DNA of 64,000 nt from Chrysomallon squamiferum (GCA_012295275.1 CM022672.1:23312001-23376000); one strand, 5' to 3'. Positions 12,984-24,966 are shown, numbered from the stretch's first letter. The notes: generated from the letters alone by a model not told the origin. Program-made: numbers and translations.

Positions 12984-14998
12984 AAAACAACATCAAACAA
13001 ATCTTTGAAAATTCTTAACGTCACTTATACTTGTACTACAGAAATAGTTTTTATATCAACTTAATCAGAATGAAAACATCTAGATGATGAAATACGTTTA
13101 GAAGGCATAACTTAGAAAAACTGTTAATTTTTAAGGGGTTCATTCGTTTTTTCTTTTAAGAAGATGCAGTTTTCTTCACCATCGAATTAACATCTTAGTG
13201 CTAGTAAAGGCTATAGATTGTGATAATAGAGACGACTTGTTGAATACCATTTCTTCCTGAAAGCGAGGCTGAACGCAACTAACAATGAGACTATATTAAT
13301 AAAACAAGAACAGAAACTGGATTGATAATGAATTGCATTGTAACAATAGTTCTTACAAAGGTTATACGTTTTGAGATGTGATTGTAAATGGAGTAGAAGC
13401 TGAATTTCACTTGTATAAGATTTAAGAAGTGACTTTTGAACCAGACGTTTCTGAGAAACTGAATGGGAGTGCACTTTATGAATCAAATGTCAGTCTTAAG
13501 AATAAAATACTGAATAAAGAAATTTGTTCTGAGTGACCTGTTATTACTTATTATGTATATAGAAAGGTTTGAACCAAGTTTCAAACATAACAAACATAAT
13601 TATGCATTGCCACTACCGCATAAAAATCAAATACTACAGAATAAACAATCACAAAGAAGGCTATTTTTAGATCACAACAACAGTTGAGAAACTGAAGTCA
13701 TGTCACCGTACATGTTTCACTTTTTCGGGCAACACAAATAAATAAACTGATCATAGTCTTCACAGATTTTGTAACTAACATTATGCCGAGCACGGATGTG
13801 CTAAATAATTTTGATGATTTATTAAACAAGGTGTGTGAATATCAGACTATGTACATGTAACCGGCTCCAGTATCATTTTTTCAACCTTGATTTAATCACT
13901 TAAATAGTAAGTTTATGAAGTTAAACTGACACCTTATGAAAAGAATGGTCATTTTGCTCTCAAACAAAAACCTTCAAACAGAATTGACGAGGTTCTGGTT
14001 GCGGAGGAAGTGGTCTTTGATCAGTCGCTTTCTAACTCGGGAGACCTAATGCGTGGCTCGGGGGAAACACGTTCTGGTGATGTAGTCGTGCAGCTGCTTT
14101 AACCTTCAGTCCTACAGGGTTTTTTTAATGTTTTTTTTTAGAATATGATATACGAGTGTAAAATGTTGTGAATTTTGCGGAAACATAAAGAAGAAGTGGT
14201 TGCTACACCAACGCAGTTTTGATTGAAATTAAATGTTTTTTTTTTTTTTGTTTTGTTTTTATTTTATTTCATTATTATTATGATTGTTTTTGGCAATACG
14301 AGGTATCATGCAGTTTTTATTCATTCAGTTAGGTCCTCAAACAGAGAATAAATCAAACATTCAAAAGTCAACAGCTTGGCGGGCCATACAGAGAGGCGTT
14401 TTTTATTACTTACCAATATAATCACATACACACACACACACATACACAGATTCTCACCCACACACACACACACACAGATTCACACACAGATTCACACACA
14501 CATATTTTGAATTCATTAATTCCTCTACTGATTGTATAAAGCATAATCTGCAAGAACATACACCGATCTAACATACATATATCTATATCTATATATATAT
14601 ATATATAAAAACCATGTGCTGTCTGGCAATTGACAAAAATAAAATAAACTGTTTGCTGTAGAACTGTATTTCTACTCAAAAGAACAAGTTATTTGAAAAG
14701 TTACTACTCACAACCCAAGAGACCGGAAAGACTGCTCTTTCGTAGTTATTGCAATGGAGGATTAAAAAAAAAAAAAAAAAAAAGAATAAACTAATTTGCC
14801 GAAATAAGTTACATTGCTACCTTATGAGTAGAACTTATTCACCAGAGACTTCGAAGCTGTAACGATGTGAAGGTTATCTCTGGCAGGTAGTATTATAACT
14901 ACCGGATAGAGAACTAGGACAATGGGGATACCTGATAAAGTATTTTCACTACACTGTATTATTAATTAATATCATTAGTGTTGTTGAAAATTAACATT

Positions 14999-15062
<64 letters not shown>

Positions 15063-16649
15063 AAGATAATAATAAAAAGCAATAAAAAGAAAAAAGGTAA
15101 AAAATAACAACAATATTTATAGGTTTGTATGAAACTGAATAGAAATGTGTTTCTGAAACATATCAACAACAACAACAAAAACAACAAAGAATAAAAAAAA
15201 CCTCGTTTCCATTTTGGCTGACTTGTTTGTTGAAGTGAACAGAACATGAAATTCTGAGAGAGAAAGTTGATGGCCTTGCTCTGTTATCATTGTGAAAAAT
15301 GTCCTATTTTGTTCTGGTTGGCGATGGAAAAATGTTCTGACTTCAGAAAATACACGTTTTCCATTTTGTACTGAAATGAAAATAAAGAACATTTTCATTT
15401 TAAGACCGTTATAATTACAGCATGCATTTATCGACGAAAATACAGTACAATATGTTATTATTGTTGTTTAAATTCACTTTAAAACGAGCTTTGAAATGGT
15501 TAATCAGATGGCTTATAATACGACTTTAGTATCAATTTCAGTTATATTTCTGTGCTAAAATGAAAATGTCAGCCTTCATACATCATAACGAACGTGTTAA
15601 ACAACGTCATAATTTTTTATTAGCGAATGGCAACAAAATGGTAATTTTGATAATTACAACGACTACACAAAAGGCATCACACTAGTTAAATTCTTTTCAT
15701 AAACGAAATAATTGCTTCAGGTAAAATAAAATAGAACACAGTAATCATAATTTTGATTTATACACTATTTGAATTACTTCTAAATATTTCATATAAACCA
15801 GATGAGTTCAGAAATCAATACTTTATTTTGTACGAGCATTCAGCTATTGCAGCTTTATCAGTAGAATCAACATGTTTTATAATTTGTAAGCCGTGAATTT
15901 GCTATAAATAAAATAAAATAACATGAAATAAAATAAAATAAAATAAAATGCAAAGAGACTAATATTTATTATAGTTTTATATTAAAATGAAGCTCAACCA
16001 CTTTTAATTCCTAACTGAAAACGGCATGCACCAGACAGATGATTTACCAGACAGAATCCTTTGTCCTGTGACAAGACTTTTCATTTGTACAGACTTCCCT
16101 GTGTCCAGTAGTACAGTGACATCGCCAGGAAAACACTTATTGTCAGCGTTCCCTGGGCAGAAGTTACAACATTTTTCTGGATCCTCTGGAACAGGTTTCT
16201 TACATCCACATTTGCATAAGAACTGTATGTTGCCACAGAAACACATACCAGAGGCCGCTGCTGTTTGTATTAACAACATAAAACTTGTTAAGAACAACAG
16301 TAATTAGACATTGAAACCTGAACCTACAGTGCTGTGATTTTAAATGCATACAGAAGCACATAGGTAATGCTAAATCCCAATCAGAATATATGAATAAATA
16401 AAAATATAATGTCGTTTCATTGACAACGTTCACACAAACACATACATACACTCTGCCTGTCTGTCTCTTTTTTCTTTTTTTTTTTCTCTTACATCTGTCT
16501 ATCTGTCGCTCAGTACAAAAACATATAGCAGAAACCAATTGCTACATAAAAAAAGTTTTGAAAAATATGAAGTAACCGTAGTTGAAATATCTAACCTGCG
16601 GCTGGTGGTAAAAAACCAGATACACGATTACAAATAAATTTAGAGGCAT
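11733..16649 (-). CDS. Hedgehog-related Hog-domain protein (Hint autoprocessing domain plus sterol-recognition region) with a short Cys-rich N-terminal peptide; not a true hedgehog
   Basis: Well-supported exons 16260-16048, 15370-15202, 12346-12240 and 11950-11733 splice in frame (GT-AG) to ...SGMCFCGNIQFLCKCGCKKPVPEDPEKCCNFCPGNADNK|CFPGDVTVLLDTGKSVQMKSLVTGQRILSVQNGKRVFSEVRTFFHRQPEQNRTFFTMITEQGHQLSLSEFHVLF...TRFARSVKPGDYV...PERVVHTYLSKKQGFYSPLTETGTIVINNILTSCFANVLKQDVAQFMLAPFRWF...*. These match the hedgehog C-terminal motifs CF, SEV..F.DR, L.LT..H.LF, FA..V.PG and G.YAPLT..GTIVVN.V..SCYA...A...APLR. A candidate signal-peptide exon at 16649-16596 is less certain (one base out of phase, see findings). 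Confidence 0.9.
15000..15058. repeat. (AT)n microsatellite in a Hog gene intron
   Basis: Pure AT run. Confidence 0.95.
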
Positions 16650-16839
16650 ACTATCTGGAGCAGTTTCGTTATTCTGAATGTTCTCTCTCTTGTCAGTGAT
16701 TTTTTTTTATTATGGACGTCAGTGAGATTTCAGTTATAAAATATTTTAATATCCATTTATTAGCATATTTTAATAGTTATGGTATATTTTATAGGCATCA
16801 TGATATATTGTCGTCATAAATATCTGTGATATTTGCAAA

Positions 16840-16872
<33 letters not shown>

Positions 16873-16882
16873 TAAATAAATA

Positions 16883-16937
<55 letters not shown>

Positions 16938-19900
16938 GTAATAATAATAATAAAATAAAAAATAAATAAAATTTAAAAATTAAAAATTATGATGATATTA
17001 TCACAAAATGACATAGACATTGACATATTCATATACAAACAAATACAAACACACACAAAAAGATATTTCCAAACATAAATACGCAAAACTGAATGCATGC
17101 ATGGTCAAAAAAGCAACAACAAACAACTTTAATATTTATATAGGCCTGTCTGTATTTCTACAAATTTGTAAAAGAATCACGACTGTTGCTGGTTTATGGC
17201 GCTCATAATCAAGAAAAAAAAACTGCCTTTCATAAACATATGTACATACATAACACAAACATTCATACATATATAAAGGCATGTACCATACAGGCACAGA
17301 CACAGATACGTACACAACCAGATTATAGACTCATTTATCAGACATAAGTTACACGGATACCTTAACCAGAGGTAAGCTGACCAACACATATGCTGACCAG
17401 AGGCCAACTGACCAAAGGCCTAAAACACAAACCGTCCAAAAGGTAAAATGATCAAATATATTGTGACCAAAGGAACTGAGCAAAGGGAAGATGACTATAG
17501 ATAAGTTGACTGAAGACAGGTTTCACTGATAAAATAATAACAGGTAATTAACTGGATTTAGATTTACCATTTGAAACTAATAATATGTTTGTACTAGTTC
17601 ACACAGTGGGGTCAGGCTATTGCTACATATAACGATCTAACGCTGTGGTGGTTATGGTATCCCTGTTCGGTCATAATATTTTTTTTCTACAGAAAATTAT
17701 TTGAATGTTTGATAATATTAAGATTAAGAGATAATTTTATCCTCATGAGTCTTATTTGCTGGTCTCATTAATACAAGTCAAATTATTTCTGATCAAACTC
17801 CATCGGCCCAAATCACTCTGACTTTACTGACATCTCACTGCCAGCTGCAAAGGTTCAGATTATTAGTTATTATATATGAGCAAATCTAGGCGAATGACAC
17901 TTCTTGTTCCTAACACCACTATGGACTAACGATGTTCTAAGAATCATATCTGAGGCTGATATGATGATGATCATGATGATAATAATAATAATATCAGTAA
18001 CTACAACGACAACGACAACAATAAATGGCACAAAGGTTAAAGAATTCTTGTAAATGAATGAATGAATGAATAGGAAAACTACAAAACATATGAAAAATCA
18101 TTTCACTTATAATATTATGTGTATATATACAAACGATTTCTTATTTTTCTTTTCTAATATTATGGAAAATAGAATCTGTTTAATACAAATTCTTTTGTTG
18201 TTCTTATTTTCATTTTGTTTTATATACATGTTTTTATAATCATCTCATTGGTCTGGATATGAAAATATTTCCTTATTTTAATGGGTTTGGCTAGAAATGT
18301 AGGCAATCTTTTATAAAAGATCCTAAAATGAATTCTACGTCGCGGAATTTGTGTACTAATTAGGATCTGTCTGCGTTATCGTACTCGTTAATTTTTTACC
18401 TGGTTGACGGTGTGTGCAGTCAAAAGGTAACAACGGACTAATTCTGTACCACAGTGCAGTTGTTAGCACTGAGAGTTCATTTCAGTGCTTATGATGTTGG
18501 TATTACTATTACAAATAAATAAATTAAACAAAATTTTAAAATGATATACCACAATACCTAAGGATTAACGGTTCAGGTGTAATTGTATCTACCCTTACGT
18601 CGTTTGTGTGTCTGTTTCTCTGTATCTATGTCTGTTAATTTGTATACGTTAATGCAACAAATTATTCAGTTTAAAAGTAGTATAACAATTTGATACAAAC
18701 TTCAGTAACTTATTAATTGTTTTCATAATTCAATTCTACGATTCATTTTGAACGCAATAATAACAGTATAACGATAACTGCGACTATAACTATTACAAGA
18801 TATACAAGATATTAAATATTCAAAGAGAGATGTGTATATATATGAGAGAACAACAACGACAACAACAAACAAAAAACACAGATTAAAAAAAAGAGTTAAT
18901 AAATAAAGAAAGAAATGATGAAAAATTGATAAGGAAAGCAAACGAAGGTGATTTATGTTAAACAGTATTTCCACGTATAAAAATACTAACCAGGACAGTA
19001 ATCCTTTAAAACAGTAGAGCAAAATAAAACAAAACACTGATGAGAGAAAGAAGAATAACAATAAAAGAAAAGAAAACACTCACACAAGCGCCTGCTCAAT
19101 TGGTATCCCAAACAATAAGGTTAGAATATAACTTTTTACATTTCGTTGGTAAACAAAATAAAGTTCACATTGCTATGTTAACCTTGTAAACCAAATATTT
19201 CCTTCTTCTTTCCGGGACATTTTTAATTCTGCAAACCGTTACTAGCAGAATATGATTTTCTAGGTCCCGGGCAGAATATATGGTTGAATATTATCATTTT
19301 GAACTAGCTGTATGAATTTGGCAGAGCAGTGCATTTCTTGACATGCGACTTCATGTTAATACCATTATTGTAATCATGACATTGGCCGTTTATGCAAATA
19401 TTTCAAACGGATAAATAAATAACAAAGAAATTATACAATGAAATCAATTTATTATCCTCTGCTCCAAAATTATTAATTTAAGGAAAAATAACGAATATAT
19501 CAGGCTTTTTTCGCTTTCTCATTAGTGTAAAGCCTGATCAAAAGGGTGTGTGTTCTGAAACCACTTCTATTTTGCTATTTTCTTTTAAAAGTAACAAAAA
19601 CATGTTTCAAGTATAAATGATATAAAACTTCAAAATAAGGTTCAGTATGCTATTCCTGTATAACAAAAATTAAAATAACGAGTCTTTTTTTATTTATAAA
19701 CCCAAATAATTTCCCACGCGTCACCTAACTCTGGCACGTGAACTTTTGTTATTATTTTATTTTTATTTATTTTAATTTTTAATATGCAATTTTAAATTAT
19801 TTTCGAAAATCTAGGGATGTCTATTTTAATTTCTTTTAGTGACAGTCATTAGCAATCGAAACAGTCACTGATAGTGTGAACTCGCTCATAGCATATAAAA

Positions 19901-20715
19901 TGCTTTGCACATGATTTTATTTCATTGTTTTACCTATCACTGTTGAATAACTCAGTACTCAAACTTTGACCAAGTCACATGAGACTGGAGATTGGGAAAG
20001 ATTTGTTATTTATTGGAAGTTATAGATAATTTGAACTTAGCACTAGTGATGCCTATGACAACTATTGACGCACATATCAGGTATATGCGGGTGGAAAATA
20101 GAAATAAAATTACACATAAAATAGTTATCTACCCTAATCCTGCAGTACTGGCGTTAAACCATTTAACCATTAAAGCTACAGCGTTGGCTGGCGCTGAGTA
20201 TAAAAGTGGATTCAGTAAACTGGAATGATCTCTCTATTTACATAACATAATACAGAATTGCAAATGATAACATTGGAATAACACACTGCAAAAATGTATA
20301 CAATAAAACAAAATTTAAAGCAAATAATTCTTGACTTATAATTTTCTTTGCAAACAGAAAATGATTTGCCTCCCTTTTAAAGAAATTTCAGTAATAACTT
20401 TTCACAGTTAATCCATTTAAATAAAGTATTCATTATAACTGAAATAAATAAATAAATAGTGCTCCGAACATTATGGTTACTATCTTACTACGCCTATTCG
20501 AGCTGAATTCGAGTTCTTCGATGGGTAACAATCAGTAACATAATCATAATAACAAATAATAATTTTATATAATGCTAAATGAGTGCTATTTACATTTATT
20601 AGTTTTCATTTTCAGCAAGTCCCGAAAATTCATATATTTCTTACACCTTTCATAGATATTTCAATAAGCAGAACACCATAAAGAACACACACGTTATTAA
20701 TGTACACGTGACACC

Positions 20716-21858
20716 TTACATCTGAGTCACGCGCGTTGTACGGCACATACTAGCATAATCCGTATCAAGTTTCGTGTCTAAATGTTCATCCCGAACATCG
20801 TATTTGAAAATTTTGCACGTAAACGGTTTGAATATTTTCCAACTCCCGAGTTCTCTTCTGAAGTTTGTATTAAACCATCCATACACAACAGGATTGATGC
20901 ACACGGAACACAGGGCTACTAGAACTCCGACCGAATGCAGTAAACGAAAATCAGTTCCTTGGAAAATCCCTTGATCCAGATCTGCTAAGATGTTTATTAA
21001 AGTCAAAGGCAGCCACGCGACTGTGAACAGCGCCGCAATGCTGGTAAGCAGCAACATATTTTTCTTGTGTCTAGCCATATTTCGTTTTGCTCTGTTAATT
21101 TCGTGAAAAGAAGTCTGATGTGAGTTGATACGGCTGCCCAGAAATCGACATATTAGCACGTGCAGAATAACAATGGCCAAGGCCGGCGATAGATATTGAA
21201 TAACAAGCAAAGTGACTGTGTAGATTCTTAGCAAGGTATCGTTACTCCAGTGTTCGATACAGATAGAATACATGATGTTTCCTGAGAGTCCCTGGACGTG
21301 TTCTATTTGATGGGTAAGGCAAGCTGGTACGGACATTATCAGAGAAATCACCCAGATCATGGGAATGATAATGTTAGTCCGGTGTTTATGTTGGTTGTTA
21401 GTGATGGCGCACACGATGGACTTGTAGCGGTTCACGGAGATAGACACAATAGTGAGTGTGGATACAAAAACGTATGTCGCCTGCAGCGTGGGTACCATCT
21501 TACACAGAACTGTGCCGAGGCTCCAGTTCTTTAGTGTCATCCTGATCAGAAGAAAAGGCATACACAAAATACAAGCCACAATCTCGGACACAGACAGATT
21601 CAGAATGTACAAATTCCTCGACGATTTGAGATTGCCGTTTCTGCATATGACGACAGCCACTGCAAGGTTTCCTGTAATCCCAAACACGATAACAATACTA
21701 AACGAAAGAATCAGAAACAGCTCGGCATTGGTGTTGAACCAGTGGCCTGCGTCATTGTACTGTACAGCGGCTTTCAGCAGATCATCAATAGAGAAGTTCT
21801 TCGGAAAGTCGTTAGTATTGAGGTCCATCATAGCTAAAACGTCAGTCCAGTTATCCAT
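20716..21858 (-). CDS. Class A (rhodopsin-type) neuropeptide GPCR, neuropeptide F / NPY receptor-like, intronless CDS, 380 aa
   Basis: Seven hydrophobic segments. GN in TM1, NLSVSE in TM2, WSLGTVLCK before TM3, SVNRY at the end of TM3, C-IEHW in ECL2, AWLPL in TM6, and NPVVYGWFNTNFRRE at TM7/helix 8, which is typical of NPF/NPY-type receptors. N-terminal N-glycosylation sequons NWT and NFS. Confidence 0.93.
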   Translation of the reverse strand: MDNWTDVLAMMDLNTNDFPKNFSIDDLLKAAVQYNDAGHWFNTNAELFLILSFSIVIVFGITGNLAVAVVICRNGNLKSSRNLYILNLSVSEIVACILCMPFLLIRMTLKNWSLGTVLCKMVPTLQATYVFVSTLTIVSISVNRYKSIVCAITNNQHKHRTNIIIPMIWVISLIMSVPACLTHQIEHVQGLSGNIMYSICIEHWSNDTLLRIYTVTLLVIQYLSPALAIVILHVLICRFLGSRINSHQTSFHEINRAKRNMARHKKNMLLLTSIAALFTVAWLPLTLINILADLDQGIFQGTDFRLLHSVGVLVALCSVCINPVVYGWFNTNFRRELGSWKIFKPFTCKIFKYDVRDEHLDTKLDTDYASMCRTTRVTQM

Positions 21859-22620
21859 GATAATTAACTGAAGTACTTCATTGCAGTGTTTAATATTCTA
21901 AAGGTAAGATAGCTATATATTAAATAATCAAGACGTAATGCAGCAGGTCAAATATTTATCAATAACTGGCATAAATATCAATCAAAGAAAAAATGATTGT
22001 GTATACTGATTCCTACTTTACAAAAACACTCCTTACTGTGGAGTGATTAATTATCACTTTTTAAAGACTACATGTCTATTTTATGGCTCCTGACAACTGA
22101 CTTTTCTAATACAGTAAACCGTTTATGCTGTCATTAGTGAATTCTAAAAAGTATATCAAGTGTTTATTGGACGAATAGGCGAGGACACGCATCATCTTGT
22201 CTACTAATTCTTACTTATATCACAGAATGAGAAATAGCAAATTGCAAAGAACAACGAAGTCAAACATCGGAAGATCACAGATCTTTCGATAGGTAACGTA
22301 CCAAGACAATAAGGATCTTAAACACAGTCTGCGCATGGCATGTTTATTATTCACATTCAGAAACAGAACGATATCGTGAATGTTTAACCAGCTAATGAAC
22401 GCCTTCTTGATGCAGTCTCGCTGAATGGTACCGACACAAATAATCGGATTGCCTTATTATTGGTCATACATATTCCAGTCCATGTCAGGTGACTTCTCAG
22501 ATCTGCTCGTTATGAATATTAGTGTAAGGATTTTCACATAGTAATATGAAATTCGTCTTCATAATTACTTCCCGATATATCGGGTTTCTTTATTGATATT
22601 CGTTGGCTCCTGAAAAGAAA
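21859..22620 (-). other. Probable long 5'UTR part of the GPCR coding exon, starting at a splice acceptor
   Basis: Minus-strand polypyrimidine tract plus AG (TTTTTATTTCTTTTCAG|GAGCC) at 22610/22609. Sequence between this site and the ATG is free of microsatellites and relatively complex. Confidence 0.45.
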
Positions 22621-24874
22621 TAAAAAAAATGTTTAATTAATGAACCATTGATTTAGAATTTTGCGCACTATTTGGAAATATATATGAAACACATACTATT
22701 CTAATGAACAGAGAGATGCAAAGATGAAGACATTAAAATGAATACATGTGTAATCTTTAGCTTTTCTTTTAATGTCTAAATACACTTTTTATAGTAATTA
22801 CAATAACACTACTACTACTACTAATAATAATAATACTATACTACTACTATCACTACTATACCGCTCCTACTACTACTTCTACTGCTAGTACTATTGCTGC
22901 TACTGTTAATACTACTGATCGTAATCAAAACAAATGAGAACCTTGTGGGTTGCTTCCTATACAAAAAGCGAAATCAGAGCCCTCGAATCTGTGAGCTACG
23001 AGTGCATTAAGTGCGCGTGTGAGTGTATCTGTGTGTGTGTATCTATGTGTGTGTGTATGTATGTATGAGCATATGCACATATGCATGCAATAAGTTCAAG
23101 GACGTACATATTATGCATTTATATTTATTTAACGAATGGAATGAAATACTGAGCTTTTCAACAATAACGTATAAAGTGAGACTTCCTTGAGCCTCGTTTC
23201 TCTCACAAAACAATTTAAAATCGAACAATTGTGAGAAAAGCAATTAACATATATACGAAATCAACCGTAGAACAATGCCCCATCTTCCTAAACATTTCGT
23301 TGACCGCTACTGACCGCTGACAGCAGCTTGCTAAAAGTCAGTCCCAAATTCTGTTCAATTAACACAAATTACAATTTTCTCTCGAAGAAGAGTGTGTCCT
23401 GCTACTTAAGTCAATTACCAACAGCAGTCATTGATAAATATACGTTTAATACATGCACCGTGCTTCAATTATTCAAGATTCTTTCCATTATGTAGCAGAG
23501 ACCGGTTGTTAAATGGACTTGGAGCCTGGGATCTTATACGTACAATTAGGCCATTTTTGGAAATCACTATGGTTTGCTGAAATTGGCAGCGGCCTGTGCA
23601 AGAATATGTAAATATTTAAAAACATTGCAGTAAATCTTCTGCATGTTACTCATTAATGGGTTGGTTAATTTTATTACTGACATTTAGTGTTTTTGTTGTT
23701 TTGCCGAGGGAAAAAGACAAAAAAACTGGTGTGCACTCATTTCTGGAAAATGTTTGAATCTGAATAAGTAAAAAAAAACAAGTGGAATTCAATATTTTGA
23801 ATTCTTATTGTAGAAAACAGCCTACAGTCAAAGACATATTTATCGAATAAAAAAAAAAAAAAAGTTCATAAGATTAATAATTTAAAAATAAAAAAGTAAG
23901 AATAAATACCAAAAAGGAAAACAACAACAACAACAACAAAAAATAAAAAATAAAAAATAAAAAATAAAAAACGAAAAAAAAATAATAAAAAAAAATAAAA
24001 AAAATAAATTAACGAAAATAAACAAAATAAAATAATAAATAAATAAATAAATAAAAACAAAAATAATAAAATAAATTAATAAACAGATGTATAATAATAA
24101 AATAAATTAACAGACAGATGTAAAATAAATCAAATCATACACGTTATGACAGTCTGTTCATCCATCTCATTGGTTACCTCTATTCCATTCATCAGTAATA
24201 AATAAATAAATAAATAAATAAACAAATAAATAAATAATTCTTAAAAAAAATTAAAATAAAACGTTTATAAATATTCAGGCAAGTGCAACTTTGTTTTGCT
24301 GTCTTACTGAACAATTGAAAAAAACAAGACGTAGCTTAAGCCACACATGTGGGGATATTCTGTGACGTTATTTTCCACAGTGTTGTTTCTGTGACCTGTG
24401 TTAATGTGAACAGAATGTCGCATCTGATTAGCTATTAATATTTCTAAAATCAATAGATCTAATGGCTGCACAATCGTGAATGTTCGTTAATTAAAAGGCA
24501 TATTCTGTTTCAATGTACTTTGCACCTGATATGAATGAACAGAAAAATAAAATGCCAAAACATTTATATATCCACAACATGAAGTTAATGTGTTTTGTGT
24601 ATAAATGTCTTTGCGTGTATTTGTGAGTGTATGTATGTATGTTTACGTGTTTGAGGGCTTTAGTGTGTGACTGTTTGATGTAAGTATTTTGCGGATTTGA
24701 AGTATGTTAATATGTGTTTCAGTTTTGTTACTATCTATTGAACCGTTTTAGTCTGAGTGTGAGGTATGCTCATATAGGTATATATGTTTAAGTCAGATCG
24801 ATAAATGGACGAGAGAGAGAGTTACGTAGATAGAACGAGAGAGAGAGACAGATAGGTAGATAGAAGATAAATAG

Positions 24875-24880
<6 letters not shown>

Positions 24881-24966
<86 letters not shown>
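24881..24966. repeat. (AG)n microsatellite
   Basis: Pure AG run. Confidence 0.97.

Noticed and set aside
14821-14931. 111-nt AG...GT-bounded segment in a Hog intron, with a small GGTAGT/ACTACC hairpin, as an extra exon
   Set aside because: In the required phase it hits TAA after ~19 codons, and the Hint alignment is already continuous without it. There is no evidence for a poison exon.
11733-16649. Calling this gene hedgehog (hh)
   Set aside because: No Hedge signalling domain and no CGPG N-terminus is present. Only the Hog half is homologous.
20774-21871. Plus-strand ORFs overlapping the GPCR
   Set aside because: Antisense shadows of the GPCR CDS with no independent motifs.
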